Source: Camelus dromedarius (taxonomy: Eukaryota). From it: a DNA stretch of 64,000 nt. How positions within the stretch are numbered: the stretch's first letter is position 1; each line of letters opens with the position of its first letter. The position numbers were made by a program, and so were the translations under genes. The stretch is taken from positions 15,750,001 to 15,814,000 of the forward strand of contig NC_087437.1 of the NCBI RefSeq assembly GCF_036321535.1, given 5' to 3'. Positions 1 through 11,768 of the stretch are shown here, in pieces. The notes beneath the pieces were generated by a model, which saw nothing but the letters and a program-made list of their open reading frames with translations, did no database searches and was not told the DNA's origin.

Positions 1-999
1 TGGGGCAGTGTCCAATGCTGGTGGCTGTGAGGAAGGGATGCAGATGGGACCTCTATGCCTGAGATGCAGGAGGAGTTTTCAGGCCAATGTTTTTAAGGTC
101 TTTGAAACACCCACAATACTGGTAGGAAGACGGGCAGATGGACAGACCACAACACCGACGCTGACGCTGTTTGGGGCATCAGGGCCACCACGTTCAGACT
201 GGGCGAGATCAGAGCCAACTGTGTGGATCTGAGGCTCATCTATGCATCGTGAGAAAAGCCAACCATTCTTAATTCTAATTTTTCAAAAAGAAGATTTCAA
301 CAGGCAAGAAGTGACAAACACAAATTTAACCAGCATTCTTTCTACTGCGTTATCGAGTCCTTGGCGTGGGTGTTAAAAAGGCACACGTTTCACGTTGACC
401 TCCTTGAAAAGCATTTGTGGGTTTTACCATTAATAAGTCCCCTTTGGTTCTCTCTCCAATTAGTTGTGTGATCATCCAACAGTGTTTTGATCTGGATTGT
501 ATTGCTTGTTATAATGATCAGCATTTCATACCTTAGACTCTGAAGAGCAAGATAAATTGCCTTCATTTCTTCTTCTTGAACAACGACACGTGGCATTTCA
601 TAAAGGCAATGATCAGATTCTGCACTCCCAGTGCCTTATAGCTGACTTGGGAGCAGAATCTAGACTCACTTCATTTTTTTCAGATGGGTAAACTGAGGCT
701 TTGAGCACTTACTGGACTTGTCCAATGTACTCACTTAAAAAAAAAACATAAAAACCAGGGAGTTTGCTTAATAAAAACACATGGAAATGGTGTGTCTTGT
801 GGTTTCTAAGTTTTACTTTTGGTGAGATTCAATGCTTCAAATAACTGAATTCTGCAAAGAAGGCACTTTGTAATTCACCGCTGTCCCTCAGATTCCGACA
901 CATCATATGCATCAATAAACATTTACAAATAAATGGATGAGTTGCATCATCTCTTCACTTAGTTTAATTTAAATGGCCAAGTATCTTTTATTGGTTTTA

Positions 1000-1580
1000 A
1001 AACATTTTTAAGTTTAATATTTTAAAATAATAGTTCCTCATACAGGCATTTTTAAACAGCAAATTCTTTTTGGAGATAATTCTGGACAAATAAAGAATCC
1101 ACATACACACCTTTAGGGGACATAAAATACTGTTTCCTCTCACTTGTTTTGTAACTTGCCTTTTCACAGAACACTGGGTCTGGAAGATCTATGTACATTA
1201 AGCACAAATAGTTCCACATCCCTCTTTCTACTCTGGCATTATTAGTATGACTGGATCACAGTTTAGTCCGTTCTTTCCTTAATTAACAGCATCTAGGGTA
1301 TTCTAATTTTTTTCCCGTTTTAAAATTTGCTGCACCAAACGTCTCTGCCCATCACCTCCTTATGTGCCTCCCTGGCTGTTTCTCTATGTTAGGGTTGCAC
1401 AGGGAAACTGCAGTTCATAGAAATGCCCAATTTAAGGTTTTTAGATACTGCCGAAATGCCCTAAAGGCTAAAACTGCCATTTATACTTTTACTGTCTCTC
1501 TGCCCACATCCTTGCCTATATTTAACATTAAAAAACATTTGTTTTTACCAGTCTGTTGGGTGAAAAATTATATCTAGTTC
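1000..1580 (-). mobile_element. Old L1 (L1ME-like) 3' fragment
   Basis: ttttgtaacttgccttttcac...gcatctagggtattctaatttttt...agatactgccgaaatgccct resembles an antisense L1ME 3' end. Confidence 0.55.
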
Positions 1581-1936
1581 ATTTTGAAGAAGTAACTTTA
1601 TTATAAATACAGACATACATTCTTATATATAATGTGCACGTGTACATATATACACATACTATTTAAATTTTAATGCCTACTACTCAGCTGAATCTTAATA
1701 TTGCCTTAGGAGCATCTTTCTAATAATGCAGCAGTGATTCATTCATTTGTGCTCCTCTATATGAATATACCATGATTTATTTCTCTGTTCTACAGTGATG
1801 GACATTGGAGTGATTTCCTGTCTTTTCCTGTGATGAATTGTGTGTCTGCGAGCTTCTTAGTGTCTGTCTCGTGGTGCACGTGGGCACGGGTGTTGCTAGG
1901 GTACAGCTAGCTATGAAATTGCTGAGTCTTAGGGTG

Positions 1937-2378
1937 GAGTGGAGACTACCAGTTGTCCACCCAGATCCATTCTGCCTGTCTTCACACAGGTGTCCTGCTA
2001 GACGTCATTCCCAGCCTCCGTTTGAGGTGAATGTGACTGCATGGCTAAGTCTTCACAATGGAATCTAAGGGGCTTTCTGCTACTTTGAGATCAGAGCCTT
2101 AAGGCAAGGTGTACACCTCCTCCACGCTTTCATCTGGCTTCCCTTTCCTCTAGCCAAAATCTAAAAGTAGTGGTGATCCAACCTGAACTTTGCAGAAAAT
2201 GACAGAATCCAATTACCTGAATGACTGTGAGGATCAGAGTTGTCCCGCTGATCAGGACTGTCAACTTCAGGGATGATGTGTGAGAGGGAAATGAACTACT
2301 TTACCTTTAAGCCATTCTGTTGTTAGTATTTTATTGTTAGCATCTTTATTATGGCAGCCTGTACTTTAATTGATACAT
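1937..2378 (+). mobile_element. MLT1-family (ERVL-MaLR) solo LTR
   Basis: cattcccagcctcc...gctaagtc...caatggaat and a 3' end tgtgagagggaaatgaactac...taagccatt...gcagcc...gataca, typical of older MLT1. Confidence 0.7.
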
Positions 2379-2668
2379 AAGGAAGCACGTGTTAAACTTC
2401 ACTGATGCCACACTCTTACCCAAAATGTTTGAACCAACGGAGGCTCCCACTGGCAGTGTATGAAAGCTTCTGTTTCTCCGTATCACACCAAGCCTACCAT
2501 TGTCTGGCTGTGTTATTTTTGCCCATTGGCGTGTGAGAAGTATTATCTTGGTGTTTTCACTTGCAAATGAGGTTGTGCATCTTTTCAGATATTGCTAGCT
2601 CATTCCTTTCTCCTTTTACCTGAAATGTCTGTTCTAATTTTTTACCCCCTTTAACATTGCGTGCTTTT

Positions 2669-2955
2669 AAAATTACGGTCAAATACGTATAACATAAAAT
2701 TTGCATTTTAATCATTTTAAGTGTACGTTTCAGTGGCATTAATTACATTCACAATGTTGTGCAATCATCACCACTGTTGCCAAAACCCTTTCATCACTTC
2801 AGACAGAAACTCTACCCATTAAACAATAACTCCCCATACCCTCTTCCCGCAGCCTCTGTTAACCTCTAATCTACCTGCTGTCCTTATGAATTTACCACTC
2901 TAGATATTTCATGTAAGTGGAATCATACAACATTTGTCCTTTTGTGTCTAGCTTG
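2669..2955 (-). mobile_element. L1 3' end (L1MA/L1MB-like) fused directly to the U6 copy
   Basis: Typical antisense L1 3' UTR (aaatacgtataacataaaattt...ttaagtgtac...cagtggcatt...tcacaatgttgtgcaatcatcaccact...gtggaatcatacaacatttgtcc). Abuts U6 at 2955/2956. Confidence 0.85.
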
Positions 2956-3050
2956 AAAACGTGGAACGCTTGGTGAATTTTTGTTTCAGGGGCTATGCTA
3001 ATTTCTGTATTGTTCCAATTTTAGTTGCAATATGCTGTCAAAGCAAGCAC
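2956..3050 (-). pseudogene. U6 snRNA retropseudogene (5' part of a U6-L1 chimera)
   Basis: Reverse complement reads GTGCTTGCTTTGACAGCATATTGCAACTAAAATTGGAACAATACAGAAATTAGCATAGCCCCTG...AATTCACCAAGCGTTCCACGTTTT. This aligns end to end with U6 (GTGCTCGCTTCGGCAGCAC...GAAGCGTTCCATATTTT), with CpG decay and a deletion of about 10 nt. Confidence 0.93.
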
Positions 3051-3889
3051 TTGGGCACTTCTACGCTGTTTCTTTTTAGTTTGTAGAAGTTCCTTATATA
3101 TTCTAGATGCAAATACTTTCTTGATTAAATAAGTTGCAAACATTTTCTCCCAGTATGTGGCTTAACTGTGTCTATGGTGTCTTTTTGCACTAAAGCTTCT
3201 CGCTTTATGTAGTCAAATGTATCTATTTTCTTTTGTAATTGGGGCTTTTTGTGTCTTGTTTATGCCACCTTCCTCCACCGAGCTCACTTCATTAAGCAAT
3301 TCTACATATTCTTCAAAAACATTTTTAAAGTTTCACCTTTCATACTTATTTTCAACCCGCTGGATTTGATTATATTTGGTGTGGAATAAAAAAATCTAAT
3401 TTTATTTTTTTCCAAATTGTCTCAGCAACATTTACTGTATTCTTTATCCCTTCCCTAATACTTTCGTTGCCACGGGTTTTTCCATCTACGCATTCGTCCC
3501 AAATCACTACATCAGTTCCATGTTGTTTTATGTAAGACAGCTTTATAATAAGTATGGATAGGTGGTCAGGCAAGGCCCGGCATTCTGTTTGCCTTCAAAA
3601 TTGTCTTGGTTGTTTCTGCCTTTTGCCTTTGAATTTGGACTGTTGTCAAATCCTTCAAAAATACTCTGGATACTTTTCATGTATTTGTATTCAATTTAGA
3701 GTTAAAACTGGGGAGAATTGCCACCAGTTTTTTCGCCCATGAACATGGTGTATCTTCCCCATTATTTAAGTATTCTTTAATAAAGTCTTGCAGTTTTTCC
3801 ATGCAGGTCTTTTAAGGCTTTCTTTAGATTTGTTCCAATATACTTTTGTTTTCATTGCTATAACTCAATGCTATATTATTGAAAATTAC

Positions 3890-4047
3890 AGGGAAATATA
3901 CACAAAAATGTTATGATAACTCACAGAGAAAAAAATGTGACAATGAGTGTGTATATGTCCATGAATGACTGAAAAATTGTGCTGAACACTGGAATTTGAC
4001 ACAACATTGTAAAATGATTATAAATCAATAAAAAATGTTAAAAAAAA
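3890..4047 (+). mobile_element. Young 5'-truncated L1 3' end with a 9-bp TSD
   Basis: L1 3' UTR ending AATAAAAAATGTTAAAAAAAA. Perfect direct repeats GAAAATTAC at 3881-3889 and 4048-4056, with a TT|GAAAA endonuclease-like site. Confidence 0.88.
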
Positions 4048-4454
4048 GAAAATTACTATTTTTTGATGATGTTTAGGAAAGCAGTAGATTTTTATATATT
4101 GACTTTGTAACCAGCAAACTTTCTCATTCCTCATGTTCAGTCTAATGGTTTGTCTGTAGTCTCTTGGGTTTTCTAGATAGATAATCTTACTATTTATGAT
4201 TCAATATGGTTTTCTTTCTTCATTTCCTTTCTTTATAGCTTTCATTTCTTTTTCACATCTTAGAGTGCTGGCTAGGACCTGCAGTAAAATGTTTAATAGA
4301 AACAAAGAGAGCAAGCATCCTTTTCTTTTCCCCAACTTAAAGGGGAATGCTTCTAATGTTTGACCATTTGATGTATTATTTGCTCTGGGTTTTTAGTATG
4401 TACCATATCTCAAGATAGGAAACTCCTTTTCTGTTCCTCCTATTAAATACATTT

Positions 4455-4625
4455 CATTTATTTATTTAATAATTGTTATTTTTTTTTTTAAATTCCTCTT
4501 GGGGGAAAGTAATTAGGTTTGTTTGTTTGTTTATTTATTTATTTTTAAATGAAGGTACTGAGGACTGAATCCAGGACCTCACGCATGCTGCACATGCACT
4601 CTACCAACTGAGCTATACCCTCCCC
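4455..4625 (-). mobile_element. tRNA-derived SINE, camelid Vic-1-like
   Basis: Minus strand reads GGGGAGGGTATAGCTCAGTTGGTAGAGTGCATG...GAGGTCCTGGATTCAGTCCTCAGTACC (A box, degenerate B box), then (AAAT)n(AAAC)n CCTAATTAC and an A-rich tail. Confidence 0.88.
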
Positions 4626-7600
4626 TGCTTAAATATATTTTAAATTTTGAAAAAGTTCTGAATTTTTATCAAATGTTTTATGTGTCTCTTGAGAAGATTC
4701 TATACATTTTGTCCTTTAGATAATGAAGTGAATAGATTTCTTTAAAATTCAACCATTCTTGTAATCCTAGGACAAGCCCAAATTGGTCCCCTTGAAAAAG
4801 AGAAAATACACAGTACACAGCTGGGTCCAGTTTGATAATATTTTATTATATATTCGTGTATTTATTCGGTCCTTTATTTTCTTGTATTGTTCCTCTCTGG
4901 TTGTGAGGTCAAGGGTAAATTAGCTTCTTAACATTACTTGGGAAATACATCCTTTAATGTTTGGAGTAGAACTCATTGGCAAAAACCATCTGGACTTAAT
5001 GTTTTCTTTTTGGTGGGTAGATTTTTATTGATTCAAATTATTTCATGGTAGTGGGGCTATTCAAATATTCTAATTTTTTGTGAATTAGGTTGTATATATT
5101 TCTTTTAAAGAAAAATGTCTATTTCATTTAAGTGGTTTATAGTATTCTTTAAAGTTTCAAAGTTTTATTCTATATGCATGTCCCCCTTTTCATCCCTAAT
5201 GCTGTGTCTCATTATACATTCCTTGCAAACCAGCTCAGTCTTGTCGGAAACTTCTTCTATTTTATTAGTTCCTTCTCATCAGATAGGGAGCTTTGAGATG
5301 TGGGGTGTTGTTGATAATTTCTATATTTTCCACTCTTGTATTTTTGTGTACTTATCTTTATATTGTGTTTCTTTCCCTTGAGTGAGTCTCACTTTTATTG
5401 CTTCGTTTTTTAGCCCCATGAGTGAGTTGTTTAACCTGGCAACTTTCTTCTATTCTTATATACTTTCTAATATTCTGATATAAAATATAAAATTGCCTGT
5501 AAGTGTCACTTTAACTGCATGCCAAAATCCTGAGAGGTTGAGTTTTAATTATTCAATTTGAAATATTTTTCATTTCCCATTAAGATTTCTTATTTAAAGA
5601 TTGTTAAAGTGTGTTTCAAATTTTCTTTTGTTACTGGTTTCTAATTGAATTGCTTTGAGGTCAGATAATGTGATTTAAAGTCAGATCATGTGATTTGCAT
5701 GACAAATTGTTTGACCTTTGCTGAGACTTACTTTGTGGCCTGGTAAGTAGGCAATTGTTTGCAATTTTTCTACTTGTACTTGAGAATAATGGATAATCAC
5801 TAGTGATTGGATAGGGCTTGTATACGTCTATTTATGTTGTTTCAATCTTCTATTTTCAATTTTCATCTGCTTGATCTATAAATAACCAAATGAGGAAAGT
5901 TAAAATCTCTCTCTCTAATGATAGATTTGTCAATTTCCTTTTTGAAATTCTGCCTTTATTTCTTTATATAATTTGAGGCCATGCCTTAGGTGCACAGAAA
6001 TTCAAGATCCACGTCTTCCAAAAGAATTCACCTTATTATTGCGTAATGCTTCATTTATTACCAATAATGCTTTTTCCTTTTTTTGGAGTTAATCTAGCTA
6101 TAATAGATTTTTTAAATTAATGTTTTCCTGGTATTTTTTTTCTTATTCATTTACTTTGAACATTTCCAAATCCTTATTTTTTTAAGTGTCTTTCTTCCGA
6201 CAGTATATAAATGGATGTTCTTCTTAACCAATCTGATGTTTGTCTTTTTAAATCGGTTTCTTTCATTTATATGTATTATATGGCAGGTGCATTTATTGCG
6301 GTTGCTGGTGTACTTGGATCTGTTTCCTTCATCTTATTTTATGCTTTCTGTATGCTGTGCTTTTTTTCCCTCCTTTCCTCCTTTCCATTGTACTAATTAA
6401 GTTTCCTTCTTCCCCTTTCCCCCCGCTGCTTATCTGGGAAGTGGTTACCCTTAACATTTTAAAGCATGATTGCTTTATTCAAAGCCTTATATTCCACTGA
6501 TACACATTAAAATTCAAGCCAGTAGATATCCCTACCAGGGCCTAATCCCTACCCACCTGCAGTTTAAGCGACCACGTTTATCATTCTGGATTTTAGTACT
6601 TTGTTTCTCGGCTTTTGGGGATACATCTTACGAACTCTGCAATTTATTGAAAAGAAGATATTTTACACATTATTGACTTTTTCTAGATGTGTTTAGCAAG
6701 AGTTTTGTGGGTTAACCTATAATATTACCATGAATGAAAGTTATTCTTTTACTGTTTATTTTCCCCTTTGTTTTAGGTATGGTATGTAACAAAATTATTT
6801 TTTAGTCAAAGAGACGTTTACATCAATATTCAGTTCATTTGTATTTGTTATTGGAAGTGATCTGTCATTTCTTATAAATGTTTATTGTTTAAACAATAAC
6901 TTACCTCCTGTTTGTTTAATAATTTTTCAATTCCTTTTTTTAAAAAATAGGCATTATATTTTATTTTGACCTTCTCCAGTGTTTTCAAATGTATATATAT
7001 ATATACTTCCTTAAGTAATATTTGTGAAAATCTTTAACTATTTAAAACTGTGTTTAAACAATTTACACTATTTTAAACCAATTTCAGTATTTGTAAGATA
7101 TAAGCATTAAAAAAAAAAAGCTTCTGAATCACTCCTATGTGAACAAAGAATTTCATATAGACTTGACCTGCCACCTAACATTCCCCTTCTCTTTGGTCTT
7201 AATGTAATTTGAGCTATTAGATCTTGGTTTTTGTAACAATTTAACAACATACATTCCTTATTGAGACTACTTTTGACATTTGAATTAAATTCAAAAGCAG
7301 TTTGCAAATATTTAGACTTCTATTTTAATTGATTTTAAGCTTGCCACCAAACCTCATCTCTGTCATTTGGAATATATTTTCAAGTAACTTTTTTTCTAAA
7401 CTGTTGCAAACTTACTGAGATTTGAAAATGTAACTGAAAACGTCTCTTGCTCTCCGACTACCGGAAATATCTTTTCTGTGTGTCACAAATCTTCCCTCAT
7501 CAAAGTCTACAGCTCTGGCTCCATTTTCTTTTGGAATCTAGTGTTATGAAACTAATGATATTTTTTATATTTTTTCCAACTGTAGGTAATCTATTTTTCT

Positions 7601-10457
7601 ATGTGTCCATTTGTGTATGTCCTTGGAGAGATGGTAAGGTTTCTTCAAAACATCCATACAATTCAAAAACATTACCTAGATGTGACTTTAAGATCTTTAT
7701 TTAGCCAAGAAGAGTTTTTTTTTTTTTTTTTTTTAAATAGCTTTGCCATTACTTTCACAGCATTTGTACTGCTGGCTCTTTTAGGAACTCTAAACTCTTT
7801 CAGGGATGCTTCTAGGGACTCTAACAAGTCCCCAGCCTCTTGCAAACATGAGAGCTCAATTTTACATATGTTGGTCTTCCATCTTCTGTCTTCCATGTGC
7901 TTTGTGGTGTCTCTCAATGTTTTCCCTTTTCTGTCCAGTTTGCATATATTCTTGGAAAGATTCTCCAGCTTGCATTCCACACCACCCATTCAATGCTCAG
8001 CAGCAACAGATCTGCTGTTTCCTGCCACACCAGTGTAAAGTTTAAAATCTGACCCTGCATTTTTGTTTCCTTAAGACACTTCTCTCTTTCTCCTCTCTTC
8101 TCTCATTCTGTTGCTTTTTCTGTTTAGCCTGTTTTCTCATCAGCTTCTTCCTTTGTCACGGAGTTTGTCTTTATGCATACCAACAAGCTTCCTGAAAATG
8201 CCTCTTGACGGAGCAGAGCATCACTTTTAAAGGGATGCTCTCCCTCTGGGTCTTGGTGGTGCTGTCCCTGCTCTTTGTCTCGCAGTGTTTCTAACACGCC
8301 CCTGGAATCTCCTTGCCCCTTGAGAAGGGAGGGACTCATCATCCTGTTTTATGCTAGGCAGGAGGACTGGATTGGCTGGGGACTCCCCCCCCCCCATGTC
8401 ACTGCTTGATTGATGGTTGAATCATCTTTTCAAACCTACAGCTGGAGGACCAGCCAATATTCAATTGCCAGTTGCCAACGGGGTTCATCTAGTGCCTCTG
8501 CTCCACTGAGGTGGCATCATTCTCCAACTACCCTCTGGATTCTCTGGTGCTCTGACCTGATGTGTCACAGGAAAAACTACACTCAGCAGGCTGCACTGCT
8601 CCCTCAATTGTTACCGTGTCTGCTCCCGCGCCTTGATTGTTCCTCCCCTCCAGGAGGCACTGTGTCTCCACCAGCAGCCCAGTCTGCCCAGGTGTCATGC
8701 TCATTTTCAGGCTCTTCCTGGGTATGAGGAGACCTTGGGGAAGGAAGGAGGATGACCAGGGGAGACTGCTCTTCAATTGGTTTGGACCTGAAGCAATAAT
8801 GGTGATGGATATTCACTCCATTCTCTGGTGAGTAGAGCTCGTGGGTGTCTGAGTCAGGAATTGACAGAGTGGGAATTATCACATATCTTCCTATCTATTT
8901 CCTTAAGGTGAGTTCCCTTTGTGAAAGAGAACTTGGCAGATGTCATATGTGTGCTTGATAGGTTTCTCTCCATCCAGCTTCATCTGCCTTATAAGTATTG
9001 TCAGCTCCTTCCACATCCTGGCAATTAGGTTGTCTGTCAGTGTTCATTCACCTTGTTACTCTGAGTCTTCATATTTGTCTGTATTTGCTAGGGTGTTTTC
9101 CTGAAAATAGGAAGAGGCTTTGTTGGAAGAGTCTAGCCAGAGCCCATTTTTTACAGAAATTCCTACAGTGCATTTCAATGTCTGTCTTCCTAGGGGGACC
9201 CTGAGAGCCTTGAAGGGAGGGTTTGGGTCACAGACATCACTGGGTCCCCAGCACCCTGCAGTCAACTAACACAGAATTTCTGCTCAATAAACATTGAAAG
9301 AACAAAAAAGGAGAGGAAGGTTTGTTATTTGTCTATTATCCATTGTTAAAATGTTTTAAAGAGCTCATAAATGATCCACCTCCCTTTTCAAAAAGAATTG
9401 ATGAAAATGTGTCTTGCAGCTTAAGAATCTAATGAAAGGTAGCTTGGATCATGGAATCATAACTAAACCTTTCATGTATGCAGTTAAGTAATGCTTATAA
9501 AGAAAGAGGTGGGATAAGGGAGCAACTGAGTATCTCATGTAAAGACATACATATGACCATCCTCAAGGTGGTACCTATTTGTCTAAGCTCCCACTACTAA
9601 GAAGAATGAAGAAAACAGGCTTAAACTACAACAAAAGGGATGCAGGTTAGAGCTGAGCAGGAAGCGTCCAGCCGGGTAGCTTCATAATGTGTCGAAGGGA
9701 CGTTGGGTGATTGCTTTCACTAGAAATGCTTTTCAACCTTTTAGCCACAAAACTCTTTAGAGATGAGGGTGACCTGGTTGGCTGCCCCCAAACCTTCCAG
9801 CCAGAAGGGCCTCTAGGCCCTGGCCGTTGGGTGCCTGAGAGCCCTCAGCTACTGGCTTGGAGGCAAACATCTGTCACTTTCAAGGAGTGATTTAGTGATA
9901 TCAAATAGCGGGGTGATTAGTCAAGAAAACAAGCAAGGATTTGACATCAGAGAGAGAAAAAACAGCCAAGGAGATGCTACTGGGGAAATGGGCACCCAGG
10001 CTTGGAATCCCAAGCCAATGGTGCTTTCAGGGATATTTACAGAGCATAACTCGTTGCAAGAGAAAGATCAATCTGCTGCACAGCTAAATTAATATTTAAC
10101 TTGCTCAGGAAAAGTCAATCCCCTGGGTTACTAGGGAAATTAACAAAAGCCCTTAACCAATGCTATTCTTGCCCAAGTCATCGGCAGGTTCTAAAAGTCC
10201 TCAGTGCTGTTTCCTCGTACCCTTGCGAACTGATGTGCCCCATCTCCACCCCAATCCAACCCTCTCCTCTCACCCACTTACTCGTCCCCTACCTCCTTCT
10301 CTTCTTGCCACAGAACCCTTCCTTCAAACAAAACCGGCTATAGATGCCCAGCAAGACAAAAAGCTGCCAGAAGAGAGGTGGGACCTGAAGCCCCGGCTCC
10401 TGACTGCTCCTGTACCTCCTCACCCGGCCGTCCCCTGAGACCTCAGAACATAGTTGT

Positions 10458-10531
10458 TTTTTTTTTTTTAATTGAAGTATAGTCAGTCACAATGTATCAG
10501 TTTCTGGTGTTCAGCACAATGTCCCAGTCAT
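10458..10531 (-). mobile_element. Short L1 3'-terminal fragment (artiodactyl/camelid type)
   Basis: Poly-T then aattgaagtatagtcagtcacaatg...tttctggtg...cagtcat; homologous to the copies at 60453 and 51888. Confidence 0.8.
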
Positions 10532-11092
10532 CAGTGCAGTTTTGAACGCCTAGACAGTGACTCCCAAGCCTCACTGTGCAGCAGATTTGATTAGGGTAGG
10601 GACTATAAAATCACATTTTGACCCTACTTCATCCCTGTTGACTTGGAACCCTCAGGGTGAGCTTTGGGGCTGAAAGATACGAAGTTAGCGATCCCTGTCT
10701 CATTTCCCTGGCCCAGTTCAGAGACCCTGGCCTGAGTTCTTCTTGGGATCCCCGTACTTGTGGTGTCTCAGGAGTGAGGTTTGCCGTTGGATAAAGGTCA
10801 GTTCTGTCTTCAGCTAGGTCTGGGAGATCCACTCTGTACTCACACAAAGAGATACAGCATGAAACTGTGGGTGAAGGGACCAGCCACGGGACACCAAGGC
10901 TTCCTGGGAGAGGTGGGCTTTAAGTAGAAGTCGAGGGCAGAAAATTCAATTCATTTCATTTCAGTTTGCATATAAACATCTGGTATAGTGCTTGTACGTA
11001 GCAGGTGCTCAATAAACAGAAGTCATTCTCCTCGTGTCTAGCTACCCACTGTCACCCTTTGGCTGTTACATTGCTTATTCTGCAGTCCTCAC

Positions 11093-11604
11093 TGTAACAC
11101 AAAAGAACAAATCTGACTCCGTATTAGATCTGTTTCTTTGGCTTTAACCCTGTACCCTGTTTTCTAGGCTAGCTCTGCACCTGTTGTAAAAAATGTTGCC
11201 TTCAGCCTGAAATATACAGGACAGCCCATTCTCAAGGCTATGACCTTTAAGGATATTAACACTTTTGCACTTATATAAAGATAACAAGTTACAGAATAGA
11301 AGATAACATTTGTTTTCTTTAAGGTTTTACAGGGGCACCATGACCTGACCCACGTGGACAGCTGCAAGAACTAAAAATTCCTACACCAAGAAGTTTTCAA
11401 CAACCAACCACACCACCTCCCCTTTTTAGTATAAAAGGAACCTGAATTCTGACTTGAGTTAAGATGGTTCTCCAAGACATTACTCTGCCATCTTCTCCAT
11501 CTGCCGGCTTTCAGAATAAAGTCGCTATTCCTTGCCCCAACAACTTGTCTCCCTATTTATTGGCCTGTCATGCGGTGAGCAGAACGAATTTGGACTCGGT
11601 AACA
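11093..11604 (+). mobile_element. Solo endogenous retroviral LTR (ERV1-class-like)
   Basis: TGTAAC...GGTAACA termini and a 4-bp TSD TCAC/TCAT. TATAAAA at 11430-11436 and AATAAA at 11515-11520 are in U3-R-U5 order. Confidence 0.85.
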
Positions 11605-11619
11605 TCATCATCAGACATA

Positions 11620-11768
11620 CTATTGCCTCTTTATGGTCATTATTCTCCACTGCACCGGAAGCTCCCTCAGAGCAGGGCCTGTGTCTGTGTCCCCACTGCC
11701 TAGAGCAGAGCCTGTCTGGCTCCTGGCAGGTACCCAACAATTATCTGTTGGATAAGTGAGTGACTGAG
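11620..11768 (+). mobile_element. L2 3' end fragment
   Basis: aagctccctcagagcagggcctgtgtctg...cctagagcagagcctg...caacaattatctgttggataagtgagtga. Confidence 0.6.

Larger units (their letters stand above)
1590..9165 (-). mobile_element. Ancient, fragmented near-full-length L1 (L1M/L1ME-like) interrupted by younger insertions
   Basis: Parts are in collinear antisense order: 3' UTR-like (about 1590-1935), ORF2-like T-rich segments (about 2380-2660 and 3060-6400), ORF1p-like peptide at 7672-7989 (KLENLSKN...MEDRRWKTNICKI...VP), and probable 5' region to about 9165. Boundaries approximate. Confidence 0.65.

Noticed and set aside
2956..3050. Functional U6 snRNA gene
   Set aside because: Many substitutions, an internal deletion, a damaged ACAGAGA box, no visible PSE/TATA upstream, and fusion to L1.
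4550..4625. Possible tRNA gene
   Set aside because: Degenerate B box and an attached SINE body and tail show it is a SINE head.
5660..5696. 20-bp-period tandem duplication (GTCAGATaATGTGATTT twice)
   Set aside because: Simple two-copy slippage inside a dead L1; no sign of function.
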